Shown here: positions 29,089 to 42,521 of the stretch, piece after piece
Layout: each line of letters begins with the position of its first letter
Position numbering within the stretch: position 1 is the first letter of the stretch
Assembly: GCA_965206645.1 (NCBI GenBank)
Contig: CBDBKE010000003.1
Coordinates: forward strand, 672,001 to 736,000
Reading direction: 5' to 3'
DNA from: Terriglobia bacterium
Lineage (GTDB): Bacteria > Acidobacteriota > Terriglobia > JAJPHL01 > JAPKYU01
DNA length: 64,000 nucleotides
Program-made: the position numbers and the translations under genes
Notes under the pieces: generated by a model
What the model was told of the DNA's origin: nothing
Database searches by the model: none
Seen by the model: only the letters and a program-made list of their open reading frames with translations

Positions 29089-29943
29089 TCATACCAGGCT
29101 GGCGGAGCCCAGGGCCCCGATGATGAAATAGACCGCAAAGGGTGACTCCTGCATGGGCAGGTGGATGTTCATGCCGTAAAAGCCGGTCACCACCACCAGG
29201 GGGATGCTGATGGTCCCGATGATGGTGAGCAATTTCACGACGTCGCCGGTGCGGTTGGCGACCGCCGACAGGTAAATGTCCAGGGCGCCGGTGAGCAGGT
29301 CGCGGTAGCTCTCGATGAAGTCCAGCGCGCGCACCAAGTGGTCGTAGACGTCGCGGTAATAGGGATAGAGGCTGTTGGGCTGCTCGGGCCGCTCCGCCCG
29401 CATCAGGTGGTTAAGCACTTCGCGCATCGCCGTGGCATTGCGCCGGAACGCGACCAGCACAGACTTCAGGTGGAGAATCTTTTGCAGCACCTCGGGGGTG
29501 GGCCTCGCCAGGACCTCATCCTCGATGGCCTCAATCATGTTGCCCACCTCGTCCAGCACCGGCTGGTACTCATCCACCGCCCGGTCCATCAGCAGGTAGG
29601 CGACGCCTTGGGCGTGGTGGAATTCCGGCTCCTGGGGCAGTTTCTCCTGGGTGCGGGCCACAACGCTGGTGGACCCCTCAGCCACCGTCAGCAGCAACTG
29701 GGGCAGGATAAACAGATCGAAGTCTTCAAACAGAACTTCTCCGGTGGCTTGGTCATATTGCACGGTCTTGATGACCACGAAGTTGTAGTTGGCCTGGCTG
29801 GTCAACTTGGCCACTTGGCGGCGGTGCCGGCAGTCCTCCACGTCCAGTTCGTGCAATCCGTGCTGCTGCGCCAGCAAGTCCAGCGCTGTGTCGTCGGGGT
29901 CCGTAAGGTGAATCCAGGGGACGCCGGGAAACGGTTCCGCCAT
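29089..29943 (-). CDS. corA: CorA Mg/Co transporter, C-terminus cut by IS21
   Basis: GFYGMN signature; stop codon supplied by the IS21 end. Confidence 0.88.
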   Translation of the reverse strand: MAEPFPGVPWIHLTDPDDTALDLLAQQHGLHELDVEDCRHRRQVAKLTSQANYNFVVIKTVQYDQATGEVLFEDFDLFILPQLLLTVAEGSTSVVARTQEKLPQEPEFHHAQGVAYLLMDRAVDEYQPVLDEVGNMIEAIEDEVLARPTPEVLQKILHLKSVLVAFRRNATAMREVLNHLMRAERPEQPNSLYPYYRDVYDHLVRALDFIESYRDLLTGALDIYLSAVANRTGDVVKLLTIIGTISIPLVVVTGFYGMNIHLPMQESPFAVYFIIGALGSASLV

Positions 29944-30233
29944 GGCTATCTTTCAATCAATGGGATTTCCAACGCCCGTAGTCTAGTGCCGTTCCAGCTT
30001 GATTTGCTAGTCACTTGGTTTGCGGCAGCTAGCCAAAAAACAGCTGGAACAGCGCTGGTCGAAACCCTTTCCCCGCCGTCTGCCGCTGCTCGGCCCGCGC
30101 TCCGGACCAGGCACCCAGGGTGCCTCGTGGCGAGCCGGCCTCTGGCACAAAGCTCGAATTCCCCCGGCCGGGGTTTCCGTGCTAGATTAGTGTCCTCGTT
30201 CGGACAAGAAATTCTGTTGGGAGAAGAGGTCTT

Positions 30234-31364
30234 ATGGCGGAAGCCGTTGCCAAAGCTGGTTTGGAAGGAGTGGTCGCTGCGGATTCTTCGATCTGCTTTA
30301 TCGACGGGGAGGCGGGCATTCTCAGTTACCGGGGTTATAACATCCATACGCTGGCCGAAAACGCCACCTTCGAGGAAACAGCGTACCTGCTTTGGTTTGG
30401 ACGCCTGCCAAGGCGCGCCGAACTGGAGGAGCTCCAGCAAAAACTGGCCGCCGCGCGGGGCTTGCCGGCGGCGGTCACGGACTTCCTCCGCGCACTGCCG
30501 CCGAAAACGGTCCCCATGCACATGCTACGCACCGCTGTGTCGGCGCTGGGCGTCTACGACCCGGACGCGGAAGACATGTCGGAGCAGGCCAATGTGGCCA
30601 AGGCCATCCGGCTGACGGCCCAGATGGGCACCATAGTTGCGGCCTTCGCGCGCCTGCGCAATGGAAAGAAACCGGTGGATCCGGACCCGGCGCTCTCCTA
30701 CGCGGCGAATTTCCTTTACATGCTGAACGGGACTCACCCGGCTGAAGTGTCGGCCAAGACGCTGGACATCGCCTTAATCCTGCACGCCGACCACGAGTTC
30801 AACGCCTCCACCTTTGCCGGGCGAGTGACAGCGGGTACGCTGGCCGACCTGCATTCGGCGGTGACCTCAGCGCTGGGCGCGCTAAAGGGACCGCTGCATG
30901 GTGGAGCCAACCAGGCGGTGATGAAGATACTGGCGCCGATCGGCAGCGCCGACGAGGCCGTGGCTCACGTGCGGGAGATGCTGGCCGCCAAGAAGAAGGT
31001 GCCCGGGTTCGGGCACCGCGTCTATCGAACCGAAGACCCGCGCGCCACGCACCTGCGCCGCATGTCGGAAGCTCTTGGGCGCCAGCACAACGATCCGAAG
31101 TGGTTTGAAATGTCGCGGGCCATCGAGCAGTTGGTGAACAGCGAAAAGCGGCTCAATGCCAACGTGGACTTTTACTCAGCTTCCACCTACCACGTGCTGG
31201 GTATCCCCATTGACCTGTTCACCCCGGTGTTCGCTATGAGCCGGATCACAGGCTGGACCGCGCATTTCCTGGAGCAGTATGCCAACAACCGCCTGATCCG
31301 TCCGCGCTCGGCCTACGTCGGCCCGCCCGTGGGGCAGCCCTGGGTTCCTATCGAGCAGCGGTAG
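30234..31364 (+). CDS. Citrate synthase
   Basis: GLEGV, HADHEFNAST, GPLHGGAN, GFGHRVY, NVDFYS. Confidence 0.95.
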   Translation: MAEAVAKAGLEGVVAADSSICFIDGEAGILSYRGYNIHTLAENATFEETAYLLWFGRLPRRAELEELQQKLAAARGLPAAVTDFLRALPPKTVPMHMLRTAVSALGVYDPDAEDMSEQANVAKAIRLTAQMGTIVAAFARLRNGKKPVDPDPALSYAANFLYMLNGTHPAEVSAKTLDIALILHADHEFNASTFAGRVTAGTLADLHSAVTSALGALKGPLHGGANQAVMKILAPIGSADEAVAHVREMLAAKKKVPGFGHRVYRTEDPRATHLRRMSEALGRQHNDPKWFEMSRAIEQLVNSEKRLNANVDFYSASTYHVLGIPIDLFTPVFAMSRITGWTAHFLEQYANNRLIRPRSAYVGPPVGQPWVPIEQR

Positions 31365-31446
31365 GGCTGCAGGGGCCGAGGTTCAAAGCTCGAAGTCCAA
31401 GGCCCAGAATCCAAAGGCCCAGACTCTAAGACTCGCTGGCGTCCCG

Positions 31447-31701
31447 CTACCGTCTCTTGGGTTGCGCCGACTGCCCGCTGCCTTCCATCTCCTCGACCCA
31501 CTTTAGAAAAGCCCGCAGGCGTCGTCGCTCCCGCCACAGGAACCGCCAAAATTCTCCGAACCCGATCCGCTCCGCCCTGCCGCCAGCGTAGGTTTCGATG
31601 CGCCAGCGCAGATAGGGACTGCGCCATGGCCGGAGCCGATGGCCGCGCGAGACGACCCACAGGAACCGCAGGGCGGACCGCATCCCCGGGCATTGAACCA
31701 C
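31447..31701 (-). CDS. Hypothetical protein
   Basis: RLRPWRSPYLRWRIETY...FLKWVEEM; follows VWA operon. Confidence 0.7.
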   Translation of the reverse strand: MVQCPGMRSALRFLWVVSRGHRLRPWRSPYLRWRIETYAGGRAERIGFGEFWRFLWRERRRLRAFLKWVEEMEGSGQSAQPKRR

Positions 31702-31785
31702 AAAGCCACAACGGAAGGTACATGGTTCGGGCCCGAGGAGTTACTTGCAAGAAGTGAGGACAGAGCCGGAAGAGACGGCGGGGAC

Positions 31786-32820
31786 CTATCCCCCCGGGCG
31801 GCGGGCGATCGCCGACTTGGACTCGGCGGTAGCGTAGTAGCCTGTCCGGGTGCGCACGAAGAGCCTGCCCTTCCCCGGCGCATGGACCTTGACCTTCACG
31901 GAGCGATAGCCGCCGTCAGCGGCCGCGTTGGAAGGCTTGTAGGTCAGCAAGTACTGGTTTCGGATGTCGTGCGCGATCCTGGCAGCAATTCCTTCCACCT
32001 CGTCGATGTTCGCCGGGAAGAAGGCGGCGCCGCCGGTGGCTTCAGAGACCGCTTCGATGGATTTGCGCGCCCGACGGGCCGCTCGGGCGCTATCGTCGCC
32101 CAAGAGGCCGACGCTGTAAATGACCACGTCGGTTTGCTGAATGTACTTGATGAGCCGCTCCAGAGTGAAGCGGCTGGCATTGTCCTCGCCGTCGGTGATC
32201 ACCAGCAGCACCCTCTTGGTCCTCCGACCGCGCCCAGTCACATGGTCCAGCGACATCCGGATGGTGTCGTAGTAGGCGGTGCCCCCGCGGGAATCGATCT
32301 TCTCCAGCCCTTCCTTCAGCTCCTCCAAATTGGAGGTGAAGTCCTTGTCCAGGAAAGCCTCGTCATTGAAGTTGACGATGAAGACCTCGTCATTGCGGTT
32401 GCTGGTGCGAACGAAGGTCAGTGCGGCGGCATTGACCCTGACCCGTTTGTCCCGCATGCTGCCGCTATTGTCCACCAGGATGCCCACCGAGACCGGGATG
32501 TCCTCCCGCTTGAAGTCTTTTATCTCCTGCCTGACGTTGTCTTCCAAGACCTTGAAGTGTTCCCGGCGCAGGTCGGTCACCAGGTGCTTCTGCTTGTCCA
32601 GCACAGTCGCGTGCAGGACCACCAGCTTGGTTTCCACCGCAAACCGGGGAACGCCCTTCGGCCGGGCTCGGGATGGCTTGCTTTCCGGAGCCGCTCGCGC
32701 CGCGCCCGACTTCCCGCGCTGTGGCGCGGTACGCTGCGCTGGCGTGCTGCCACACCACAGTAGCGCCACCAGGACCAGCGGGACAGCCCGGCGGGCGGAA
32801 TGGCTACTCTGTAGGGGCAT
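31786..32820 (-). CDS. VWA-domain protein
   Basis: DNSGS MIDAS, TDGEDNAS, IRNQYLLTY, RTGYYA. Confidence 0.9.
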   Translation of the reverse strand: MPLQSSHSARRAVPLVLVALLWCGSTPAQRTAPQRGKSGAARAAPESKPSRARPKGVPRFAVETKLVVLHATVLDKQKHLVTDLRREHFKVLEDNVRQEIKDFKREDIPVSVGILVDNSGSMRDKRVRVNAAALTFVRTSNRNDEVFIVNFNDEAFLDKDFTSNLEELKEGLEKIDSRGGTAYYDTIRMSLDHVTGRGRRTKRVLLVITDGEDNASRFTLERLIKYIQQTDVVIYSVGLLGDDSARAARRARKSIEAVSEATGGAAFFPANIDEVEGIAARIAHDIRNQYLLTYKPSNAAADGGYRSVKVKVHAPGKGRLFVRTRTGYYATAESKSAIARRPGG

Positions 32821-33802
32821 AGTAACCCGTCTTGGCGTACACGTGCAGCGGGGGAAGGCCGCGCGGCGGATTCAGCTTCACCTTGATCTTCCGCCACTTG
32901 CCGTCCTTGTCCCTATTGGCGGAGACGTAACCGAGCACGTACTGGTTGCGCAGCTCCAAGCCGATCTTGGCGGCCACATCGGGCAGAGCATTCAGGTTGC
33001 TCACAGAGAACTGCCGGCCGCCGGTCGACTCGGCTAGACCCGTCAGCAGGCCGGGGCCGGCCATTTCTTCCGGCGTGCCACGCGCACTGTAAGAATTGTA
33101 AATGCCGATGGCGTAGATCTGCACATCGGCTTCCCGAACCAGCGACTTGATTTCGTTCTGGCTGTAGCGGCTGTTATTGTCCCCGCCATCGGAGATAATC
33201 AGCGTTGCCTTCTTTTGATGAACGCCATGGCGCATGTGGTTCAGAGCCATGTAGATGGCGTCCAGCAACGCGGTCCGTCCCTTGGCCGCGGTAAAAATCA
33301 GCCGGTCCTGGATGTCCTCGATGCGGCGGGTGAAATCCGACACCAGCCGTGGCCGGTCGTTGAAGTCCACCAGGAAGAATTCGTCCTGAGGGTTCGCCGA
33401 CCTGAAAAATTCCAGCGCCGCCATGCGTGACTTGCGGATCTTGTTCGACATGCTGCCGCTGGCATCGAACACCAGACCCAATGAAATGGGCACGTCCTCA
33501 CTGCTGAAGTGCAGCACCTCCTGCTCCTGCTTGTCCTCAAACACGCGGAAGTGCTCTTTTTCCAGGCCGGTCACCAGCCGGTTGAGCGGGTCGGTGACCG
33601 TTACGGTCACCAGCACCAAGTTGACGTCCACCTGAATGGGGCGCTGGCGCGTTTCCAGTGCCTTGCGGGACTGTCGGGTCTTGGAAGGCTGGGCGGGCGA
33701 TTTGGCCAGATCGTCGGCCGACAGCAGCCAGCCCGCACAGGTGAGCGCGAACAGTAAGAGGGGAAGTGTGAAAAACGCGCGCTGTAGCTTGCCCAATCTC
33801 AT
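32804..33802 (-). CDS. VWA-domain protein
   Basis: DASGS MIDAS, SDGGDNNS, ELRNQYVLGY, KTGYYA. Confidence 0.9.
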   Translation of the reverse strand: MRLGKLQRAFFTLPLLLFALTCAGWLLSADDLAKSPAQPSKTRQSRKALETRQRPIQVDVNLVLVTVTVTDPLNRLVTGLEKEHFRVFEDKQEQEVLHFSSEDVPISLGLVFDASGSMSNKIRKSRMAALEFFRSANPQDEFFLVDFNDRPRLVSDFTRRIEDIQDRLIFTAAKGRTALLDAIYMALNHMRHGVHQKKATLIISDGGDNNSRYSQNEIKSLVREADVQIYAIGIYNSYSARGTPEEMAGPGLLTGLAESTGGRQFSVSNLNALPDVAAKIGLELRNQYVLGYVSANRDKDGKWRKIKVKLNPPRGLPPLHVYAKTGYYAPTE

Positions 33803-33948
33803 GACTTGCTTAGCGCCGGTGCGTGTTGTCTCCGGCCTCCCTGTAGACCGCCTCTGACTTTATATTACCACGGCCATGCAAGCCTGTGCTAAACTGGCCA
33901 GTACTCACTTCCCAGGGCCGACTCCATTCTGATTCGGGTTGGAACCGA

Positions 33949-36936
<2,988 letters not shown>

Positions 36937-36963
36937 CAGGGAAGGGGAGAGAATGTGGCGCTG

Positions 36964-37350
36964 CTAGCGCTGGCTGATCCGCATGGTTTCGTCAACGCTC
37001 AGCTCGGGCATGCCGGTGGCCGGCCCGTGGTAGCTGGCGGTGATGACGAAGTGGTTGCCGCTAATATCAATGGAATAGGTGTAGCCAAAGCGTCCCTCGG
37101 AGTTCACGTAGACGTGGCCTTCCGAGCTCAGCTCCTCCAGGGTGGCGTACTTGCCGTTCAGCGCCCTGTAGGACCGTTCGGCGTTGGCCATGGTCATCAA
37201 GTCGTTTTTCACCCCAGACAGATCGGCGGCGGCCCGCGGGTTGTTGGTGCCCTGGGTGATCGAGCTCGTGCCGGTAAATTGTGCGCGGTAAATGAACATG
37301 CCGATGCCCAGAGTCAAGATTAGTCCTATCAAACCCATTACGCCACGCAT
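36964..37350 (-). CDS. Pilin-like small membrane-anchored protein
   Basis: N-terminal TM, AERSYRALNGKYATLEEL, GYTYSI...FVITA. Confidence 0.7.
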   Translation of the reverse strand: MRGVMGLIGLILTLGIGMFIYRAQFTGTSSITQGTNNPRAAADLSGVKNDLMTMANAERSYRALNGKYATLEELSSEGHVYVNSEGRFGYTYSIDISGNHFVITASYHGPATGMPELSVDETMRISQR

Positions 37351-37549
37351 GCTGACTTGCTACCCCCCTCCGTTGCGATAGCCCCCCTTGCGATAGCTTG
37401 ACGGTAGGAGAACCGTTCGGGAGAGTCAACCGTGAGGCTTTGCGCCTGCTGATTCAAACGGGTGGCCCAGTCGCTCCAATAAAAGCACTTGACACCTGCG
37501 GGCCAACACCTGAAACCTGACACCTGACAGTCGGCTGCTAGGGGCAAAA

Positions 37550-39178
37550 GTGAAGATCCTGACTGCTGCACAAATGCGGGAAGTGGACCGCGTCACCATC
37601 CGGGAGCTGGGGGTGCCGGGCGTGCTGCTGATGGAGAACGCCGGCATCAGCGTGGTCCGCGTGTTGGAAGAGCGCTTTCGCCCGTTGGCCCGGCATCGTA
37701 TCGCCATCCTGTGCGGCAAAGGCAACAACGGCGGCGACGGCTTCGTGGTGGCGCGGCAGCTGTGGATGCGCGGCCTGCGGCCCCGGGTGTTGCTGCTGGC
37801 CGATCCGGATAGTATTCGCGGCGATGCGCGCATCAACTTCGACATCCTGCTCAAGACAGGCTGCCTGCCCGGTCTGGTGCGCGACCGGAACGACTGGCTG
37901 GCCGTGAAGGCTGACCTGCGCGGGTCCACTCTTCTGGTGGATGCGCTGCTGGGCACTGGCCTGTCCGGCCCCGTCGAGGGCTTTCTGGCCGACGTGGTGA
38001 GCGACCTCAACGCCAGGCTCTCCCACGTTCCCCTGGTTGCGGTGGACATCCCCTCCGGGCTGCCCAGCGACAGTGGCAGGCCCCTGGGAGAATCGCTCCG
38101 GGCCGACATCACTGTCACCTTTACGGCACCCAAAGTTGCCCAGATCTTTCCGCCTAACTGCGAGCGCGTTGGAGAGCTTGTGGTCTGCCCCATCGGGACG
38201 CCACCCGAAGTCTACGAACGACGCGCCGACGTGTACCTGAATCTGATCACTCCAGCGGAACTGGCTCCCTTTGCTCGTCCGCGAGCACGAGCCGCGCATA
38301 AGGGTAACTTCGGTCACGTGCTGGTGGTGTCCGGGGGGCGCGGCAAGACTGGCGCGGCAGCTATGACCGGGGAGTCGGCGCTGAAGATCGGCGCCGGACT
38401 GGTCACTGTGGCCACGGCGGAAAGCGCGCTGTCGGTGGTGGCGGGCTTCGAGCCGGAGCTGATGACCGAGCCGCTGGCCGAAAACGAAGCAGGCAGCATC
38501 TCGGGGAGCGCCCTGGACTACGGGCGGTTCCAGCAGATTCTGGAGAACAAGGACGTGCTCGCCATGGGCCCTGGTCTGTCCACTCATCCTGATACGCTGG
38601 GCTTTGTGCGCCGAGTGGTTCGCGACTTCGCCATCCCTGCCGTCCTCGACGCCGATGCCCTGAATGCCTTCGCCGGGGATCGGGAGCTGCTCCGGGACCG
38701 AAGCTCCCCGCTGGTGCTCACCCCGCATCCCGGTGAGATGGCGCGCCTGATGGGAATTTCCACCGGTGAGGTGCAAGGCAATCGGGTGGAAGTGGCGCGC
38801 CGGCTGGCCATTGAGCTCGGTGTCTTCGTCGTCCTGAAAGGCTTCCGCACCCTGGTGGCTGCTCCCGAAGGACAGGTTTACGTCAACCCCACCGGCAATC
38901 CGGGCATGGCCAGCGGGGGAACCGGGGACGTGCTGACTGGCTTCATTGCCGGGCTGATAGGGCAGTTCGCCCACGAGCCGCTGGCCGAGGTGCTGTGTGC
39001 CGCCGTCTACGTGCACGGCCTGGCGGGGGATCTGGCGCTGGCGAGAACCGGCGAGAAGGCCCTGGTGGCCACCGACTTGATCCGCTCCCTGCCCCAGGTC
39101 TGGGAGCAGCTTGGCGCCCCCGCGCCCGCTTCCGGTTCCGGCGACGCGCTACAGAAGGACGAGCCGGCGCACCGCTGA
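37550..39178 (+). CDS. nnr: Bifunctional NAD(P)H-hydrate epimerase/dehydratase
   Basis: GKGNNGGDG, DIPSG, HKGNFG, TPHPGEM, GGTGDVL. Confidence 0.95.
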   Translation: MKILTAAQMREVDRVTIRELGVPGVLLMENAGISVVRVLEERFRPLARHRIAILCGKGNNGGDGFVVARQLWMRGLRPRVLLLADPDSIRGDARINFDILLKTGCLPGLVRDRNDWLAVKADLRGSTLLVDALLGTGLSGPVEGFLADVVSDLNARLSHVPLVAVDIPSGLPSDSGRPLGESLRADITVTFTAPKVAQIFPPNCERVGELVVCPIGTPPEVYERRADVYLNLITPAELAPFARPRARAAHKGNFGHVLVVSGGRGKTGAAAMTGESALKIGAGLVTVATAESALSVVAGFEPELMTEPLAENEAGSISGSALDYGRFQQILENKDVLAMGPGLSTHPDTLGFVRRVVRDFAIPAVLDADALNAFAGDRELLRDRSSPLVLTPHPGEMARLMGISTGEVQGNRVEVARRLAIELGVFVVLKGFRTLVAAPEGQVYVNPTGNPGMASGGTGDVLTGFIAGLIGQFAHEPLAEVLCAAVYVHGLAGDLALARTGEKALVATDLIRSLPQVWEQLGAPAPASGSGDALQKDEPAHR

Positions 39179-39184
39179 GACACC

Positions 39185-39640
39185 GTGGCTGGGGAGCAGC
39201 GCAGGCGCGAGTACATCACCGAATCGCACGAACAGACGGTAGGGCTGGGCCGGGAACTGGCCCGGCAGATGCGCCCGCCGTTGCTCGCGCTGCTGGTGGG
39301 CAACCTGGGGAGTGGAAAAACCACCCTGGCCAAGGGCATCGTCAGCAACTTGGGCGGCGCCCCGGAAGAGGATGTGACCAGCCCTTCGTTCACCCTGATC
39401 CACGAATACAGGCACGGCAGTTCAAAAGTGTTTCACGTGGATCTGTACCGGCTGGAGAGCCCGCGCGAAATTGACACGCTGGGCCTGGAAGACCTGTTCG
39501 ACGAGACCGAGCCGGCTGTCGTGCTGGTGGAGTGGGGCGAAAAACTGCGTCAGATGATGCCGGGGCCGCGCTGGGAGATTCACTTGGCCGATTTGGGCGA
39601 GGACCGCCGTAAAATAGTGGTGGAGGAATGGAATGGTTGA
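39185..39640 (+). CDS. tsaE: t6A biosynthesis ATPase TsaE
   Basis: GNLGSGKTT, SPSFTL, HVDLYRL, VEW. Confidence 0.95.
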   Translation: MAGEQRRREYITESHEQTVGLGRELARQMRPPLLALLVGNLGSGKTTLAKGIVSNLGGAPEEDVTSPSFTLIHEYRHGSSKVFHVDLYRLESPREIDTLGLEDLFDETEPAVVLVEWGEKLRQMMPGPRWEIHLADLGEDRRKIVVEEWNG

Positions 39641-40436
39641 AAACAACAAGCGGCTGTGGGCGCTGATCTTGGGCGCCTCCAGCGGTTTCGGCGAGGCCAA
39701 TGCGCGCGAACTGGCGCGGCTGGGCTACAACATCCTGGGCGTGCACCTGGACCGCCGGGCCACGCTCCCGCACGTGGAGGAGATCATTGCGGCCATCCGC
39801 GCCGAGGGCTCCGAGCCGGTTTTTTTCAATGTCAACGCCGCCGACGCCGAAAAGCGTAAGCAGGTGATCACGCAGATCCGGGCCCGTCTGGACGGCAGCC
39901 AGGGCCCGCCAGGAACCGTTCGCGTCCTGCTGCATTCGCTGGCGTTCGGCACGCTGAAGCCGTTCGTCAATATAGAAAACCCAGTAGTGCGGGACCAAAT
40001 CGAGATGACCGTGGATGTGATGGCACATAGCCTGGTCTACTGGGTCCAGGACCTGCTGGCCTGCCACCTGCTAGAGCGTGGAGCCCGTGTTTTCGCCATG
40101 ACCAGTTCCGGCGGCACGCGCGTGTTGCCCACCTACGGCCCGGTTTCGGCCGCCAAGGCGGCCCTGGAATCCCACATCCGGCAACTGGCCATGGAACTTG
40201 CCCCGCTGGGCATTACTGCCAATGCCATACGCGCCGGTGTCACCGACACCCCGGCTCTGCGAAAGATCCCGGGACACGAAAAGCTGATTGAGTTTGCGCG
40301 CCAGCGGAACCCGCACGGTCGCCTGACCACTCCGCAGGACGTAGCGGCCGCCATTGGGGTGCTTGCCCGACCGGAAACTTACTGGATCACGGGCAACGTC
40401 ATCGGTGCGGATGGTGGCGAAGACGTTGTTGGCTAG
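39633..40436 (+). CDS. SDR oxidoreductase (FabL/FabI-like enoyl-ACP reductase)
   Basis: GASSGFG, YGPVSAAK, TDTPAL. Confidence 0.85.
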   Translation: MVENNKRLWALILGASSGFGEANARELARLGYNILGVHLDRRATLPHVEEIIAAIRAEGSEPVFFNVNAADAEKRKQVITQIRARLDGSQGPPGTVRVLLHSLAFGTLKPFVNIENPVVRDQIEMTVDVMAHSLVYWVQDLLACHLLERGARVFAMTSSGGTRVLPTYGPVSAAKAALESHIRQLAMELAPLGITANAIRAGVTDTPALRKIPGHEKLIEFARQRNPHGRLTTPQDVAAAIGVLARPETYWITGNVIGADGGEDVVG

Positions 40437-40467
40437 CAAACAGCCGGTCGCGGCAAGCCGCGTGGAC

Positions 40468-40686
40468 TTAGTCGCCAAAGAGAAACTTCATCGTCACGTA
40501 GAATTGTAGCAAGAACAGGGCCAGCAGCAGCGCCGCGCCCCCGCGCCGGAGTAGGCGGTAGGTGAAAGGCAGTTCGATCGGTTCTTCCGAGGCTGACAGA
40601 GGGAGGTGCGCGTCACAGAATTCGGCGCCTTCTATAGGGACCATTGAGCAGCTTCTTCCGCGTGAATCAATGTGGAGGCAGCGCAT
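40468..40686 (-). CDS. Small protein with C-C-C-H motif and C-terminal TM
   Basis: RC....RGRSC........FCDAH then a hydrophobic helix. Confidence 0.6.
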   Translation of the reverse strand: MRCLHIDSRGRSCSMVPIEGAEFCDAHLPLSASEEPIELPFTYRLLRRGGAALLLALFLLQFYVTMKFLFGD

Positions 40687-40962
40687 CGTCTACAAACAGT
40701 TGCTCATTGAAAGTGTGCCTCAGTTTATCGCAACCCCCTGCCGAGTGCAGAATGTGCCGCAACCAAAGCTCGCGACAAACCTGGCTCGCAACAAAAATGC
40801 TCACCTTCCGGTGAGCATTTTGTGTCCCCTTCTCCTGGGGACCATAGGGAGAAAGCTCCGACGGATGCGCAGCCGCCAAAACTTTTCAGGGCCAGTGTAT
40901 TCCGCGGGCAGGGGGCTGTCAAGGGAAAACTCCTGCAAATCGTAATCCAATAAGTCTTTTTA

Positions 40963-40975
40963 AATCAAAAGATTA
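40963..40975 (+). promoter_or_regulatory. Putative IHF site
   Basis: AATCAAAAGATTA matches WATCAANNNNTTR. Confidence 0.35.
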
Positions 40976-41062
40976 TAGGGAAAAGCGTTTTCTCCTCCGC
41001 TTGCCTTCCGAAACCGGCGGCCCGGCCCAAGAAACCCCATTTCGGAACTAAACAGTGTTTTT

Positions 41063-42256
41063 TCAATGGCTTATGTTGAGGCGAATGATCTCCGTCTCTT
41101 CCAACCGGTCGAAGAACCGCCCAGGGTAGCGCTGCTTCAGCAGCATCCGTAGAAAACCGAATCCCAACCCGGCAATGAGCGCGAACACAAGCAGCGCTCC
41201 GATCAGCGCAATGATGTTTAAGATCAACTGCGCTAAATCGGATGCGGTCACTTCTTCCACCGGCTCATTCCACACAACATCGGCGGTGTAGGAGATGCGG
41301 TTCAGAAGCTGATCGGCTTGGCTCTTTTCCGTGGCGCCGAGAACAAATCCCACCAGCGGGCCAACTCGACGAGCGTATAACTTCTGAGCGACCGAGTCGC
41401 TACCTCCGGCAGGTAAGTCTTGCCAGGCTTTCATCTTGCTTGCCGCCAGTTGTGCTATGGGATAGCTGAGCAACAGCAAGGTCAACGGTGGCTTTCCCGG
41501 AAATTGGTAGAGGGCCAAGTTGGCTTCGGCGCCCATCTCGAAGTCCACCAGTTCCGACGGTATCTCGGGCGCTAAGCGAGCAAGGGCCACTGGCCCCAGG
41601 ATGTATTTGCGACTCTCGGGGAGAACACCACGCTTGGGAAGATACAGTCGCAGGGGCGGCAGCGGACCTCCGCCCAAGGTCTCAAGTCCAGCAGCCAATT
41701 CGCGGAGCTCGGCGACGCTGAGCCGGGCGTTGGACGAGCGCCCCTGCAAAGACGCACGGACCAGCACTTCCTCCTTCCGCAGCAAGAAATCAGTTCCGCG
41801 CCAGGCAAGCTGCTCCGTGCCGGTTTCCCGGGTGGTCCAGTCTTGCCCGCGATATAAGGTGAACAGCCCATAGCTGCCCGAGGCGTCTTTCAGGCGCACG
41901 GCTTCCACGCTCAGGGTCTGGCTCTCTTTGGTGAACTGCCGCCGCTCAGCCCCAACGTACCCGTATTCCACCAGGATGGGCGCTTCGTCTCCAGCCAGCG
42001 TGGCCGCGCTGTAGCGCCCAAAGGTCCGGGCAGCCGTGCCCGCCCATCCGGCAAAGGTGTCTGGGAGGATGGTGCCGCGCTTCGGGCCAGTCGTGGGAGT
42101 GGAACTTGCAGGAGGCCGGCTGGCCGTCTTCGCCGCGTCAGGCGGGGCGGCGGGAAGCTCCTTCAGCGCCCGCCGGCCTTCTTCGGGTGAAACCAGCGTG
42201 ACCTGACCGAAGACCGTGCTGGAAAAAAGGAAAAGCAGGACATGCCAGGACTTCAT
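41063..42256 (-). CDS. Exported membrane-anchored protein (DUF6599-like)
   Basis: Signal peptide, EYG...DASGSYGLFT, YILGP, C-terminal TM. Confidence 0.75.
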   Translation of the reverse strand: MKSWHVLLFLFSSTVFGQVTLVSPEEGRRALKELPAAPPDAAKTASRPPASSTPTTGPKRGTILPDTFAGWAGTAARTFGRYSAATLAGDEAPILVEYGYVGAERRQFTKESQTLSVEAVRLKDASGSYGLFTLYRGQDWTTRETGTEQLAWRGTDFLLRKEEVLVRASLQGRSSNARLSVAELRELAAGLETLGGGPLPPLRLYLPKRGVLPESRKYILGPVALARLAPEIPSELVDFEMGAEANLALYQFPGKPPLTLLLLSYPIAQLAASKMKAWQDLPAGGSDSVAQKLYARRVGPLVGFVLGATEKSQADQLLNRISYTADVVWNEPVEEVTASDLAQLILNIIALIGALLVFALIAGLGFGFLRMLLKQRYPGRFFDRLEETEIIRLNISH

Positions 42257-42521
42257 GACGGCCTGAGCTTGATCATAGCGCACCTTGCTCACGCTCGGAT
42301 AGTTTAAGTGGACTCCTCCGAAATTCAGGGCTAGCCGACCTACTCCCGCGGTGGGTCGTCCCCGGTCATCGCGCCAATGGCTGGTCACCTCGGACGAACC
42401 CGCACCGGCTCGCAGGCGGATGGGAAAGACGCTCGGCGCACGGTCGCTCCTGCCCTCTGCGAATTTTGGCCATCAACGCTCTGTTTCCGTTGTATATCTA
42501 CTTGTCTATCTGGCGGTTCGC

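Larger units (their letters stand above)
23311..29093 (-). mobile_element. IS21-family element carrying nested IS1380 and IS1595
   Basis: Ends TGTCAAGGGCGGAGTAAAACTAGACCA and (rc) TATGAACGCCGGAGCAATAATAGACCA with repeated subterminal motifs; istA/istB. Confidence 0.88.
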
